The position numbers and the translations under genes were made by a program. From the IMG/VR virus record IMGVR_UViG_3300035686_000003, positions 64,001 to 128,000 of that record: a DNA stretch of 64,000 nt. The stretch is one strand, 5' to 3'. Under the pieces are notes generated by a model. That model saw only the letters and a list, made by a program, of their open reading frames with translations, was not told where the DNA came from and searched no databases. The stretch comes from a virus (lineage: Duplodnaviria; Caudoviricetes). Below, in pieces: positions 8,236-17,499 of this stretch (positions are counted from its first letter, which is position 1; each line of letters starts with the position of its first letter).

Positions 8236-11200
8236 TTATAGAACCTCTCTCAAAAATGCAGTGTACTCTTCGTCTTCTAACTTTAAACCAAAGACCCCTA
8301 CGAAAGTCAATGATTCATCGATAATGTTGCCATAGTCTTCAACCACTTGATCGTGCAACAAACACTTCATAGATGTCCCTGCGTGATCTTCTACCCTGCA
8401 AAGTTGGTAAAGTTTGCCAGTTTTTGCAGTTTTAGGCTTCTCCCTTTCAACAATAGTGCAAGCAACGGTGAAAGAGTCCTTGAACTTGGGAATGTACAAC
8501 TCTTCCTCAGAATCTTCGTCAGGCATAACTGGGAAGAGATCCTGCTGCTCCAAATCGTCAAGGGGATTGCCACTTATAAAGAACCCGATAGCATCTTGTT
8601 CCTGCCTTAATTTTTCTTCAAAGGTAAAGTCTTCATCCATCTCAGGTAAGGTAAAAACGAATTGCTCCTTGACTTCCAAAAGCTCTAACTGTTTCTTGCG
8701 AATAAAGTTTACATGCTCCTGCTTTGTTTTCTTCAACGGGCTGTAAGCTTGTTCGTAAGCATCTAGAGCCTCTAAGGTGGGTTCTATTTTTAGCTTTTCG
8801 TATCTCTTGGCTAGAGACTCTTGGATTCTTGCTATTCTCTCTGGCAACTTTAGCAGATTGGCTTTCCATTCTTTCAGCAAAGGGATAGCTGAAATTAGTT
8901 GTTTACGATTGCTGTGAAGGCTATCAAAAGCACCAGAATAGGTCAAAGATTGTAGTCCGGTACTATTAACTCCAGTTCTTTGATAAAAGTCAACGATGTC
9001 GGTAAACTTTTCGGACTCGCGAGCGTCAAGTATGTTTGTGATCGCCACTTCACCTAATCTGTTGATTGTCTTAAAGCCAAAGAGAATGTCATCGCCATTA
9101 GGAGTAAACAACAACTTTGATGTATTAATGTCGGGAGGTAAAATTTTAATCCCCATATCTCGACATTTGTTGAGGTACTTAGATACCTTATCTCGCTTAT
9201 CCTGCCCATCTTGATAAGACATTAAGGCTGACATATATTCAGCACTGTAATGAGCTTTCAGTAACGCACAAGCTAAGCTTTGGTAAGCGTAAGACAAACT
9301 GTGGCTCTTATTGAAGCTATAGCCTGACTGATATTCAATGAACTGAAAGAGTTTTTCGGCAATTTCTTTCGTTTGTCCTTTTGCAATCGCCCCTTGAACG
9401 AACTTCTCTGCCTCTTTTTTAATTTCTTCAGTCTTTTTCTTGCCAATACATCTGCGAAGATTATCTGCTTGTCCCAAGGTGTAATCAGAAATATCTTGAG
9501 CAATTTTCAGAGCTTGTTCTTGATAAACTAAGCAGGCGTAAGTACTAGAAAGGATAGGCTCTAGTTCTGGAATCATATATTCCATCGGTTGCCGCCCATG
9601 TTTACGATTGATAAACAAAGGCACTTCTCCAGCATCTAAAGCGCCCGGACGAAACAAAGCGTTCGCACCAGATAAATCTTCAATGTTGTCAGGCTTAAGG
9701 TCTTTGAGCATAGCCTTCATACCTGAAGATTCAAACTGAAATATGCCATCTGTTTCTCCGGTGCGATAGAGATCGTAAACCTTGTCATCTTCCAGCAAGT
9801 CAAGCCTTTCCATATCAGGAATTTGACCTCTGTTTTCCTTAATCATGTCAAGCGCCTTCTTGACAATCGTTAGGTTCTTAAGACCGAGGAAGTCCATCTT
9901 GATAAAGCCCATCTTCTCAATTTGATTCATATCGTATTGAGTACAGACTCCATCTTCCTTGGTCTTCATCAAGGGCACCCACTCACTCAACGGAGTATCG
10001 GAAATAACAATTCCTGCTGCATGAGTTCCATAGGTCTTGACATTTCCTTCTAGATTCATCGCAATGTCAATCCAGTTTTTAAACTCTGGCTCCTTGCGAT
10101 ATCTATCACGAAACTCTAGGCTAGGTGAGTCTTCGGCAATCATATTCTTTAGCTTCTCAGGATTGCCACGACGAACAGGTATTAGTTTGGCAGTTAGCTT
10201 TGAATCCGCAATCGGTAAGTCTAAAACTCTTGCTACTTCTTTTACAACAGCCTTAGAAGTAAGGCGATTATAGGTTCCAATCTGAGCAACTTTGTCACGT
10301 CCGTACTTTGTTATCACGTAGTCAACGACTTCGCCACGCCGCTCCTGACAAAAGTCACTGTCAATATCAGGCATGGACTTTCGTTCAGGGTTTAAGAATC
10401 TCTCAAAAAGTAACCCATGATAAACAGGATCGATGTTCGTGATTTCAAGAGCATAGCAAACCAAAGAGCCAGCAGCAGAACCACGACCCGCTCCAGTAGG
10501 AATGTCTTGTGACTTCGCAAAAGCTATACAATCGTGAACAAACAAGAAGTAAGATTCAAACCCCTTCTGGTGCAGAACATCTAGTTCATAGTTAAGACGC
10601 TCCCTATAGACTTCAACAAGTTCTTGGTTCCAGTTTTTGATTTTTCCTTGAGCCGCTAACCGACCAATGACTTCTAGACGCTTCTCCAATCCCTCCTCAG
10701 CTAAAGTACGCAAATGCGCCTCAGCAGTTACTCCAGTAGGCAGGGGAAACTCTGGTGCTGTTGGTGAGCGATACAATTCGTAATGTTGTACCTTGTCAGC
10801 TAACTTTACTGTGTTAGTGATCGCAGAATCCAGAATCTTGTCCCTTTCATCGGGGGTCAGGTAGGTGAAACGAGACTTTAGATCTGTTCCATCAGCCAAA
10901 AACAAGTCTCTGTCATAATGAAACTTTTCTTGGTCAAGTTCACTCAGCTTCTTCCCATACTTGATGCAATAAAGGACTTGGTGAAACTCGTAGTCACAAG
11001 CATTGAGGTAATGTGTGTCAGGTGTCACCACGAACTCAATGCCTAGCTCTCTCCCCAGCTTGATCAAACCTCGATTGAGTCGAGAATAGATCTTCTGGGA
11101 ATCATGACTTTGAAGTTCAATGTAATAATCTTCACCAAACACTTCCTTGTATTCAGACGCAATCTTCCGTGCTTCCTCGTACTCATCATGAATGATCAAC

Positions 11201-12651
11201 TGCGGCACAAGTGAGCCTATGCAACCACTGGTTACGATTAACCCTTCGGAAAATTCCTTGAGTTTCTCAAAAGTGATGAGGGGATACGCCTTCCCCTTGC
11301 CCCCTGCTGCCTTCTTATTGTGCAACTCAGACCAAGTGGTTAACCGAGAGAGGTTTTTGTAGCCTTCGAGAGTTTTGGCTAGCACAATCTGATGGAAGCG
11401 ATTCCCAGGCTTGTAGTCACCAGTCAATCCATCAAGGGGCTTGGTGGCTAACAATGCTGATAGAGGATGCTCCAAGTACATCTCATTGCCGATGATTGGC
11501 TTGATACCAAATTGCTTGCAAGCTTCGTAGAGATCCAAAGAACCCATCATTGTTCCGTGGTCTGTCAGGGCGATCGCAGGACTACCCTGCTGTATTGCCT
11601 TCTCAACTAAATCTTTGACCTTTGCCGAACCATCGCTATAGTGACTGTGGCAGTGCAATGGCACGAACGGTACGGTAGATGCACTGGTAACCTTATCTTC
11701 CTGAACCTCTGTTATCGTCGGGATCTCTGTACATACCTCAATCTCCTCTAAGGTTTGCTTTGGTTCTTCTAGTGTAACAATTGACTCTTGGGAAGTACCG
11801 AAAGCCATAAACTCCTCTGGTAGTTTAATATTGCTTGGCAAGACACCCTGAAACCATAATGGCGCTATCTCTTCAATGCTGTATCCAGCTAGCGAACATC
11901 CCAACTTCGTGACAAGAAACTCTTTATCAGGATTTGCTGAGGCGAACTCAAACAGCTCTGAAATCTGGGAGCGTATGTACTCTAGCGGTATCGACCGTTC
12001 ACCTTTAGTTAAGTCTTTTGTGACAATAGCGTATGTTTGCCCCTGAAGCCCTTTTGCCTGACCATAGTTTGCTCCAAATGCCATAGCTGCTTTAGCTGCA
12101 CCTTTGCCATGCCTGCCTTCGGTATTAGAACCGAACACAAAGATTTGGTGAGGAAGCAATGACGTGATATGGTCAGGAGTTACGGTAACAGTCTCCAAAC
12201 CTACTTGCTCAACACGATGATTTATCTGGTATCTCTGTCCACTGATAGAAAACCCCTTTGACAACCACTGCTCAACGCACCACTCCCACGAGTGATCGTA
12301 GTCTCCATCAGGCACCAACAGATTGAAAATGTAGTTATCTTGGCGAGAGTTGATTTCCTTGATAAGTTTGATTAGCTCTGGTCGTTTTTCGATGAGAGTA
12401 GGACGCACGGCATCCTTGAAAGCCTCCCAATCAGCATCAGTCTTGCTTGACTTTTCCCACGCATCTCGTGGTTCTTGCGGGCAGAACAATTCTTTGAGTT
12501 CGATAATTCTGATGTTCGAGCTTCCTGTAGGAAACAATACCCAATATTGCCCTACCGTGCCCCAAGTTCCCTCATTGCTGTACCTTACGATTCTAAGAAC
12601 CATATCGTTCCGATTCCTCCCTGTCATCACAACAATTGTAGCATACTCCAC
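8236..12651 (-). CDS. dnaE: DNA polymerase III alpha subunit with ~325-aa N-terminal extension
   Basis: PHP motifs LHCHSHYS and ALTDHG, GRGSAAGSLV, FERFLNPER.SMPDIDSDF, HAAG, KMDFLGL, FNKSH; the extension contains FVFGSN.EGRHGKGAA...GLQGQTYAI (A1S_2505/macro-like). Confidence 0.95.
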   Translation of the reverse strand: MEYATIVVMTGRNRNDMVLRIVRYSNEGTWGTVGQYWVLFPTGSSNIRIIELKELFCPQEPRDAWEKSSKTDADWEAFKDAVRPTLIEKRPELIKLIKEINSRQDNYIFNLLVPDGDYDHSWEWCVEQWLSKGFSISGQRYQINHRVEQVGLETVTVTPDHITSLLPHQIFVFGSNTEGRHGKGAAKAAMAFGANYGQAKGLQGQTYAIVTKDLTKGERSIPLEYIRSQISELFEFASANPDKEFLVTKLGCSLAGYSIEEIAPLWFQGVLPSNIKLPEEFMAFGTSQESIVTLEEPKQTLEEIEVCTEIPTITEVQEDKVTSASTVPFVPLHCHSHYSDGSAKVKDLVEKAIQQGSPAIALTDHGTMMGSLDLYEACKQFGIKPIIGNEMYLEHPLSALLATKPLDGLTGDYKPGNRFHQIVLAKTLEGYKNLSRLTTWSELHNKKAAGGKGKAYPLITFEKLKEFSEGLIVTSGCIGSLVPQLIIHDEYEEARKIASEYKEVFGEDYYIELQSHDSQKIYSRLNRGLIKLGRELGIEFVVTPDTHYLNACDYEFHQVLYCIKYGKKLSELDQEKFHYDRDLFLADGTDLKSRFTYLTPDERDKILDSAITNTVKLADKVQHYELYRSPTAPEFPLPTGVTAEAHLRTLAEEGLEKRLEVIGRLAAQGKIKNWNQELVEVYRERLNYELDVLHQKGFESYFLFVHDCIAFAKSQDIPTGAGRGSAAGSLVCYALEITNIDPVYHGLLFERFLNPERKSMPDIDSDFCQERRGEVVDYVITKYGRDKVAQIGTYNRLTSKAVVKEVARVLDLPIADSKLTAKLIPVRRGNPEKLKNMIAEDSPSLEFRDRYRKEPEFKNWIDIAMNLEGNVKTYGTHAAGIVISDTPLSEWVPLMKTKEDGVCTQYDMNQIEKMGFIKMDFLGLKNLTIVKKALDMIKENRGQIPDMERLDLLEDDKVYDLYRTGETDGIFQFESSGMKAMLKDLKPDNIEDLSGANALFRPGALDAGEVPLFINRKHGRQPMEYMIPELEPILSSTYACLVYQEQALKIAQDISDYTLGQADNLRRCIGKKKTEEIKKEAEKFVQGAIAKGQTKEIAEKLFQFIEYQSGYSFNKSHSLSYAYQSLACALLKAHYSAEYMSALMSYQDGQDKRDKVSKYLNKCRDMGIKILPPDINTSKLLFTPNGDDILFGFKTINRLGEVAITNILDARESEKFTDIVDFYQRTGVNSTGLQSLTYSGAFDSLHSNRKQLISAIPLLKEWKANLLKLPERIARIQESLAKRYEKLKIEPTLEALDAYEQAYSPLKKTKQEHVNFIRKKQLELLEVKEQFVFTLPEMDEDFTFEEKLRQEQDAIGFFISGNPLDDLEQQDLFPVMPDEDSEEELYIPKFKDSFTVACTIVEREKPKTAKTGKLYQLCRVEDHAGTSMKCLLHDQVVEDYGNIIDESLTFVGVFGLKLEDEEYTAFLREVL

Positions 12652-12712
12652 TCACCCACAGAAAAGCAAGGGCAAGCTTTCGCCTACCCTTGCCTACGGT
12701 TGTATTCAGTTG

Positions 12713-13321
12713 TTAGGCGGTAGGCGCAACCCAATGTAGCTCGGTAGTGTTTTCCTTCAGACCTTCATAGCGGTTCAGGGAGTACAGGTAGTCACTGAGA
12801 GCATTGAACTCGCGAGCTGTGATTTTGATTGAGTCATTGTACTCATCAACACATTCTCCGTAAAGTTTGTCGATCACAACCCAGAGCAAGTGTTCGACTT
12901 TGCGGGAACGCACCCGAACATAATCTAGTGCCAACGAGCGATTAGTCTCTGGTATCACAAAGTCTTTGGCGGGTGCAATTTGGTCAGCGATCGCCTGCAA
13001 CCGTTCCTCTAATGCGTCCACATGAGAACTTTGGCTAGCGAACTCGATGTTATTGAACTTGAAGTAGACAAGTGCCGAAAGGTTGTTGAGATTCAACTTG
13101 TAGTAGTTGAACAGTTCAATGTCTTCTGCTGCCAATGCCTGTCCATAGTTGAACAAATATGAGCTAAAGTCATTGCGAAGGAACTCGATCTCATTTTGGA
13201 GGTTGCACAGCTGGTGGCTTTTTCGGATTGTCCAACCAGAGATGAGGTTAGATGTGCCTTTGTCGCCTTTCGCTGTCCGTCCGTTAGGTTGTATTCGTGC
13301 CACGAGTTTATTTGCCTCCAA
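12713..13321 (-). CDS. PduO-type ATP:cob(I)alamin adenosyltransferase
   Basis: RTAKGDKGTS.L.SG, LDYVRVRSRKVE and FNALSDYLY.LNR match the PduO motifs TxxGDxGxT, RTxxRRAER and LNRLSDxLF; overlaps the end of nrdJ. Confidence 0.75.
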   Translation of the reverse strand: MEANKLVARIQPNGRTAKGDKGTSNLISGWTIRKSHQLCNLQNEIEFLRNDFSSYLFNYGQALAAEDIELFNYYKLNLNNLSALVYFKFNNIEFASQSSHVDALEERLQAIADQIAPAKDFVIPETNRSLALDYVRVRSRKVEHLLWVVIDKLYGECVDEYNDSIKITAREFNALSDYLYSLNRYEGLKENTTELHWVAPTA

Positions 13322-16094
13322 TCAAGCATTTGTCTGAATCACAGCCAGTGACACCCTGATCCTTGTTCCACCCACTATCATAACGCTCTAGCAAACTTTG
13401 GAAGTCTTCTGACTTCCTACGGTCTAACACTTGCTGCTGTAATGCGTCGTAGGTTTCCTTTGATATAGGTTCAAAGGGTAAGCGAGGATACGTTTGCTTG
13501 TCATCGAAACGAGCTAGCAATGCACAAGAGATGTAACCTTCATCGTCACGGATTGCATCATGGATAAGAGTGCCAAGTTCTTCGATTTCGTTCTCTCGTA
13601 GCTCAATAGTGCCGGAAGTATTATGCGTGACATAGTGCTTCTGTACCTGCATATAGAAGTCGAATTGGGCAGCAGCACTGAAGCGAGAAATGTCAATTTT
13701 GTCAGCACCAGGAAGATTTGCCCATGACACTTCAACGGGTATCTCTACCAACCACTCTTGCACTCGCGGATCAAATGGATCGTCCAACAGTTTTCCTTCG
13801 TTGTCCTTACATGACTGTGAGGGAACAACTGAATAACCATAGTCCATACAAGTCAATGCGACAGGATCGTGAGCAGTGAAAGTGATGCGACGAATGTATC
13901 GCTGTGCTTTTGGGGGATGCCACCCTGGAGAGGCTCCTGTCAAAAGGCTTTTGGTACCAGAGGGTTGTGTAGTTGTGTAACGATTGGGACGCTTAAGTCC
14001 ATGTTCGTCACAGTAGCTCCAAACGCTATCACGGGCAGCTTCCTTCCAGAGATTTAGGTAACGCTTCTCTAATTCAATGAACAGTGCAGCATCAGCTTCC
14101 AACCAAACAGAATCGTTGTCACCTAGACCTAGCTTTGTTGCCACTAGATCCAAGTTATCTGCTTCCTCTACTGATAAGCCTTCCCAGTTTCGTGATCTTC
14201 CTGTCTTCCACCAACGCAACCAGCCACTGCCAAAAGCTTTGACAAAAAAGTCGAACAATCCAGTGAAAGACACACCAACAATGGGATCTAGCTCTCGTGA
14301 CTTGCGGTATCGCTCATCAATGAACTCATGATGCAGTAGCGCTCCTACTGACAAACCTCCGGTAGCAAATGCGAGCTTTTGTTCTTCAATGTTCAAGGGA
14401 TCGAATTGATTGAGGTGGATCTCTGAGAGGTTGCAAAGTCCATCAGAAAACACAATTTCTCCACAATTTCCGATAAGCAAACCTGATGATAGAGCGAAGG
14501 CGTTAGTACCTTCTACCGTACAGCAGTAAACTTTGTCAGCTATATGAGAGTATTCAATAGAATGAACGGTTGCAGACTTAATGGCATCACCAAACAAACC
14601 TTGGTCATGTATTTGTAATTTGTCGCCAACATTTAAGTCTTTTAGTTGCTTTCTTTCTCCATTTTCAAGAATGAATGTGTGGTACGCAGTAGCTGTAACC
14701 ACATCGCAACAATCTAAATCAACATTGGTCATTAAAACATTAAGTTGAAGATTATAAACAGGCTGGTTCTCTCCTGTCACTCTAAAATTGTCAACTGTTC
14801 TCCAGTTTAAACCATCCCAAACTTCAACAGTTTTTCCAACCAAATCTTCAACATAAGCAAAAGGATTATCTTTAGTCAAAACCATTGTGCCAGCAGCAAG
14901 ACAAGGGTTTAAACCGTAGCGCTGCATTCGATGCTCAAGCTCGTCTGACCGCATACTTAAGTTACTGGTGCGGCTAATTAGGAAGCCTTCTGCTAGATCT
15001 CGATCATTCGGATATAGATACAAGAATTTTTTCTTATCCATCTCTGTCGCCAACAGGTCAGCATTAGCTCTCGCTACAGCTTCTCCCGCCCACTGAATCG
15101 CACCTTCGCCGCTATAGTATTGCGATCGCACTGCATCAACACACTCTTGCAACGATGGTTTGTAGTGGTAGACTCTCGTATGGTTCGACATCCTCAACGC
15201 ATCTCTTTCAGGGTCAATCTTCCAATTACCATCGGAATCCTGAATCCACAAGTTCTCCTTCAGGAGTCGTGCCGTTGAGTCGAATTGTCGCATTCCCGCA
15301 TAACGACGCACGTTACCTGCGACAATAGTCAGCGCTACCTCATCGAGTAACAGACATACTCCTTCAGCGTCCAACTGACGACCAACGTAACGATTGAGTA
15401 CTGCTACTACTCGCTCGTACATCCGGGATAACTGGATGGGGTTTGCTACTCCCCCGAAACCTTTGATTGGTGTTCCATCAGGTCTGACTGATGAGATGTC
15501 AACGTTGATGTTAATTTTGGAAGCTTTCAAGGGTTCAAAGGCTAACTGCAAAATTGTAGTCATTGAGTTGACCCACCCTTGACGAGAGTCGCCAACTACA
15601 ATGTCTACTTCAACATAGTCATGAAGATCTTCATATACCTCAACAGTAGTCTCCTCTAGCCGCACCAAATGCTTTCCTGGTGTCCCTACGACACGCACTT
15701 GCAAACTGTTGCGAACGGGAGGCAGCTTCGATATGTGACGGGATTCTAGTACACCACCTGTGCCGCAACCCATCATCCCAAGAGCCATCATTAGTCCGAA
15801 GCTCTCAATGTCATTGATATTAGTCGAGTTGCAGTTGTAGGCTGAGTAGTAGTTTTCTGGTTTTTTAATCCAATCTGTACCGCCCACCCACATCCACCGA
15901 CCTGATGGAAGGACTTTGATTTCCTTCATCATTGAGTGAACGATAGTCTTCTGTTCTTCAGTGAACTGCCCTAATTCAGCTAGTCCATTCGTAGTGCGAT
16001 CGCAAACCTCAGCATAACTTTCACGACCATTTGCTGTGCGACGGCTGTACGTGCGAAAGAAAGTTGGGCTACCTGTCGGAGATTTAAATTCCAT
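13308..16094 (-). CDS. nrdJ: Class II (AdoCbl-dependent) ribonucleotide reductase, with mini-intein
   Basis: FFRTYSR, PSGRWMW.GG, GNVRR.A, NP[intein]CGEI, CNLSEIHL, QPSGTKSLL, C-terminal GCDSDKC. Confidence 0.95.
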   Translation of the reverse strand: MEFKSPTGSPTFFRTYSRRTANGRESYAEVCDRTTNGLAELGQFTEEQKTIVHSMMKEIKVLPSGRWMWVGGTDWIKKPENYYSAYNCNSTNINDIESFGLMMALGMMGCGTGGVLESRHISKLPPVRNSLQVRVVGTPGKHLVRLEETTVEVYEDLHDYVEVDIVVGDSRQGWVNSMTTILQLAFEPLKASKININVDISSVRPDGTPIKGFGGVANPIQLSRMYERVVAVLNRYVGRQLDAEGVCLLLDEVALTIVAGNVRRYAGMRQFDSTARLLKENLWIQDSDGNWKIDPERDALRMSNHTRVYHYKPSLQECVDAVRSQYYSGEGAIQWAGEAVARANADLLATEMDKKKFLYLYPNDRDLAEGFLISRTSNLSMRSDELEHRMQRYGLNPCLAAGTMVLTKDNPFAYVEDLVGKTVEVWDGLNWRTVDNFRVTGENQPVYNLQLNVLMTNVDLDCCDVVTATAYHTFILENGERKQLKDLNVGDKLQIHDQGLFGDAIKSATVHSIEYSHIADKVYCCTVEGTNAFALSSGLLIGNCGEIVFSDGLCNLSEIHLNQFDPLNIEEQKLAFATGGLSVGALLHHEFIDERYRKSRELDPIVGVSFTGLFDFFVKAFGSGWLRWWKTGRSRNWEGLSVEEADNLDLVATKLGLGDNDSVWLEADAALFIELEKRYLNLWKEAARDSVWSYCDEHGLKRPNRYTTTQPSGTKSLLTGASPGWHPPKAQRYIRRITFTAHDPVALTCMDYGYSVVPSQSCKDNEGKLLDDPFDPRVQEWLVEIPVEVSWANLPGADKIDISRFSAAAQFDFYMQVQKHYVTHNTSGTIELRENEIEELGTLIHDAIRDDEGYISCALLARFDDKQTYPRLPFEPISKETYDALQQQVLDRRKSEDFQSLLERYDSGWNKDQGVTGCDSDKCLIGGK
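14466..14903 (-). mobile_element. Mini-intein (146 aa) at the NrdJ active-site NP|CGEI
   Basis: CLAAGTMV...TAYH.F...VYCCTVEGTNAF...IGN|C; no endonuclease domain. Confidence 0.9.
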
Positions 16095-16151
16095 GTTTAG
16101 TCCCAGAATAATGTATTAGTTGTAGTAGAAAGTCTGATGATCGGGAAAGTC

Positions 16152-16877
16152 TTAAGGTGCTAAACGAGCTTTGCCATAACGGTTCTTCTTGTACCAGGCT
16201 GCAACTTCTGGCATCCAAGCTTCAAAGTGAGGAAACATTAACTCACATAACCATTGAATTTCAAGCTGTGCATCCTTCTTGGCTCGGAGATCTAGAAAAT
16301 GCATGAGGGATCGAGCGTTAAACCCAACGACAAAATGTTGGCGAAAGTCAAACGGTAGTGTACCCCTTGCGTGTTCTTCTGCAAGCCCCAACTGAATTCC
16401 CTTAGCGTAATAAGCAAGACTACATTGTAGATACTGCAAATCTTCTGCTCTCATTTGCTCAGTGTAGTCATATTTTTTGCCACTTCGGTCACTATAGCTA
16501 CCAACAGGACGTAAATAGAACAAATCTTCAATGTCAGATTGTTGCTGGTATGCTTCAACAAGTCTCTGTCCAGTATACCTCATGCTCTGACAGTCGAAAG
16601 TTGTTCCAATACGATGTGTTCGTGCTTGTTGCATTACTGAGTGAGGAAAGTATCCTGTTGCAAAAGTAATTTGAGGGTACTCAAGGCAACCATAGTGACC
16701 TCTGTTGCCCTCTAGTAAACTTTTGACAATGAGTTCTCCTGCTTTCTCTTCTGGAGGCGCCTTGCTCACTCGGTAACCCACAAAGTCTTCGCAATAGTCT
16801 TGGTGCATTGCCAACCAAACTAGTTGTTGTGGATTTTGTGTTTGAGAAAGAGTTACCACTTCAAATCGACTGTCCAT
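16152..16877 (-). CDS. thyX: FAD-dependent thymidylate synthase
   Basis: GHYGCLE, QQARTHRIG..FD.QSMRY, EEHARG.LP, LDLR...DAQLEI. Confidence 0.92.
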   Translation of the reverse strand: MDSRFEVVTLSQTQNPQQLVWLAMHQDYCEDFVGYRVSKAPPEEKAGELIVKSLLEGNRGHYGCLEYPQITFATGYFPHSVMQQARTHRIGTTFDCQSMRYTGQRLVEAYQQQSDIEDLFYLRPVGSYSDRSGKKYDYTEQMRAEDLQYLQCSLAYYAKGIQLGLAEEHARGTLPFDFRQHFVVGFNARSLMHFLDLRAKKDAQLEIQWLCELMFPHFEAWMPEVAAWYKKNRYGKARLAP

Positions 16878-16891
16878 TTAAGCAACTTCTG

Positions 16892-17434
16892 TTAACGATT
16901 GTCACCTGAGCCTTTGAGAACACCACGTTCCTTGCGAGAGAACAGCTTCTTGAGGTTGTCTGCTGCAACTGTCGCAAGAGACACACCCAGCCCTGTTGCT
17001 ATCTGAGCTAAGTACCACAAAACATCACCTAGTTCCTTGGTTGCTCCTTCAACATCGTTGTCCATAACCTTTTCTACTAGCTCACCTACTTCATCGGCTA
17101 AACCGAGCAGGGGATAAACTAACTTGGGATTGATGGAAGAGGCTGAATTGTCACCAATCTTGCTTTCAACCAGAAACTTGACGAGTTCGAGTTCGTTCTG
17201 TGCAAGCAGGATAGCTTTTTTAATGCTACTTTCCTTCTCAACAGAAATCTCTCCTTTAGCATCTCGGTAGATTTTCTTAATGTAGCCTGCGATTGTGGCA
17301 GAGACTTGGATTGCATCTAAACTACAATCGGCTAGCTCGCTACTTACTTCAGGAAAGATTGCTGTTGTCTTTGACAAATCTTGGTAGTTGTCAAGGGTTA
17401 ACTGTTGGGCTTGTGGAATTTCTTGGATGTCCAT
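16892..17434 (-). CDS. MazG-like NTP pyrophosphohydrolase
   Basis: LGLADEVGE, ELGDVLWY, NLKKL.SR..RG.L.GSGDNR. Confidence 0.88.
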   Translation of the reverse strand: MDIQEIPQAQQLTLDNYQDLSKTTAIFPEVSSELADCSLDAIQVSATIAGYIKKIYRDAKGEISVEKESSIKKAILLAQNELELVKFLVESKIGDNSASSINPKLVYPLLGLADEVGELVEKVMDNDVEGATKELGDVLWYLAQIATGLGVSLATVAADNLKKLFSRKERGVLKGSGDNR

Positions 17435-17499
17435 GTGTTTCTCCTAACTGTGGAAGTATTGTTGCAGTATAGCACGACACTTCCACAGCGTCACTACTG

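Noticed and set aside
9295-9330. Split DnaE intein as in cyanobacterial hosts
   Set aside because: The site reads GYSFNKSH continuously, with no intein
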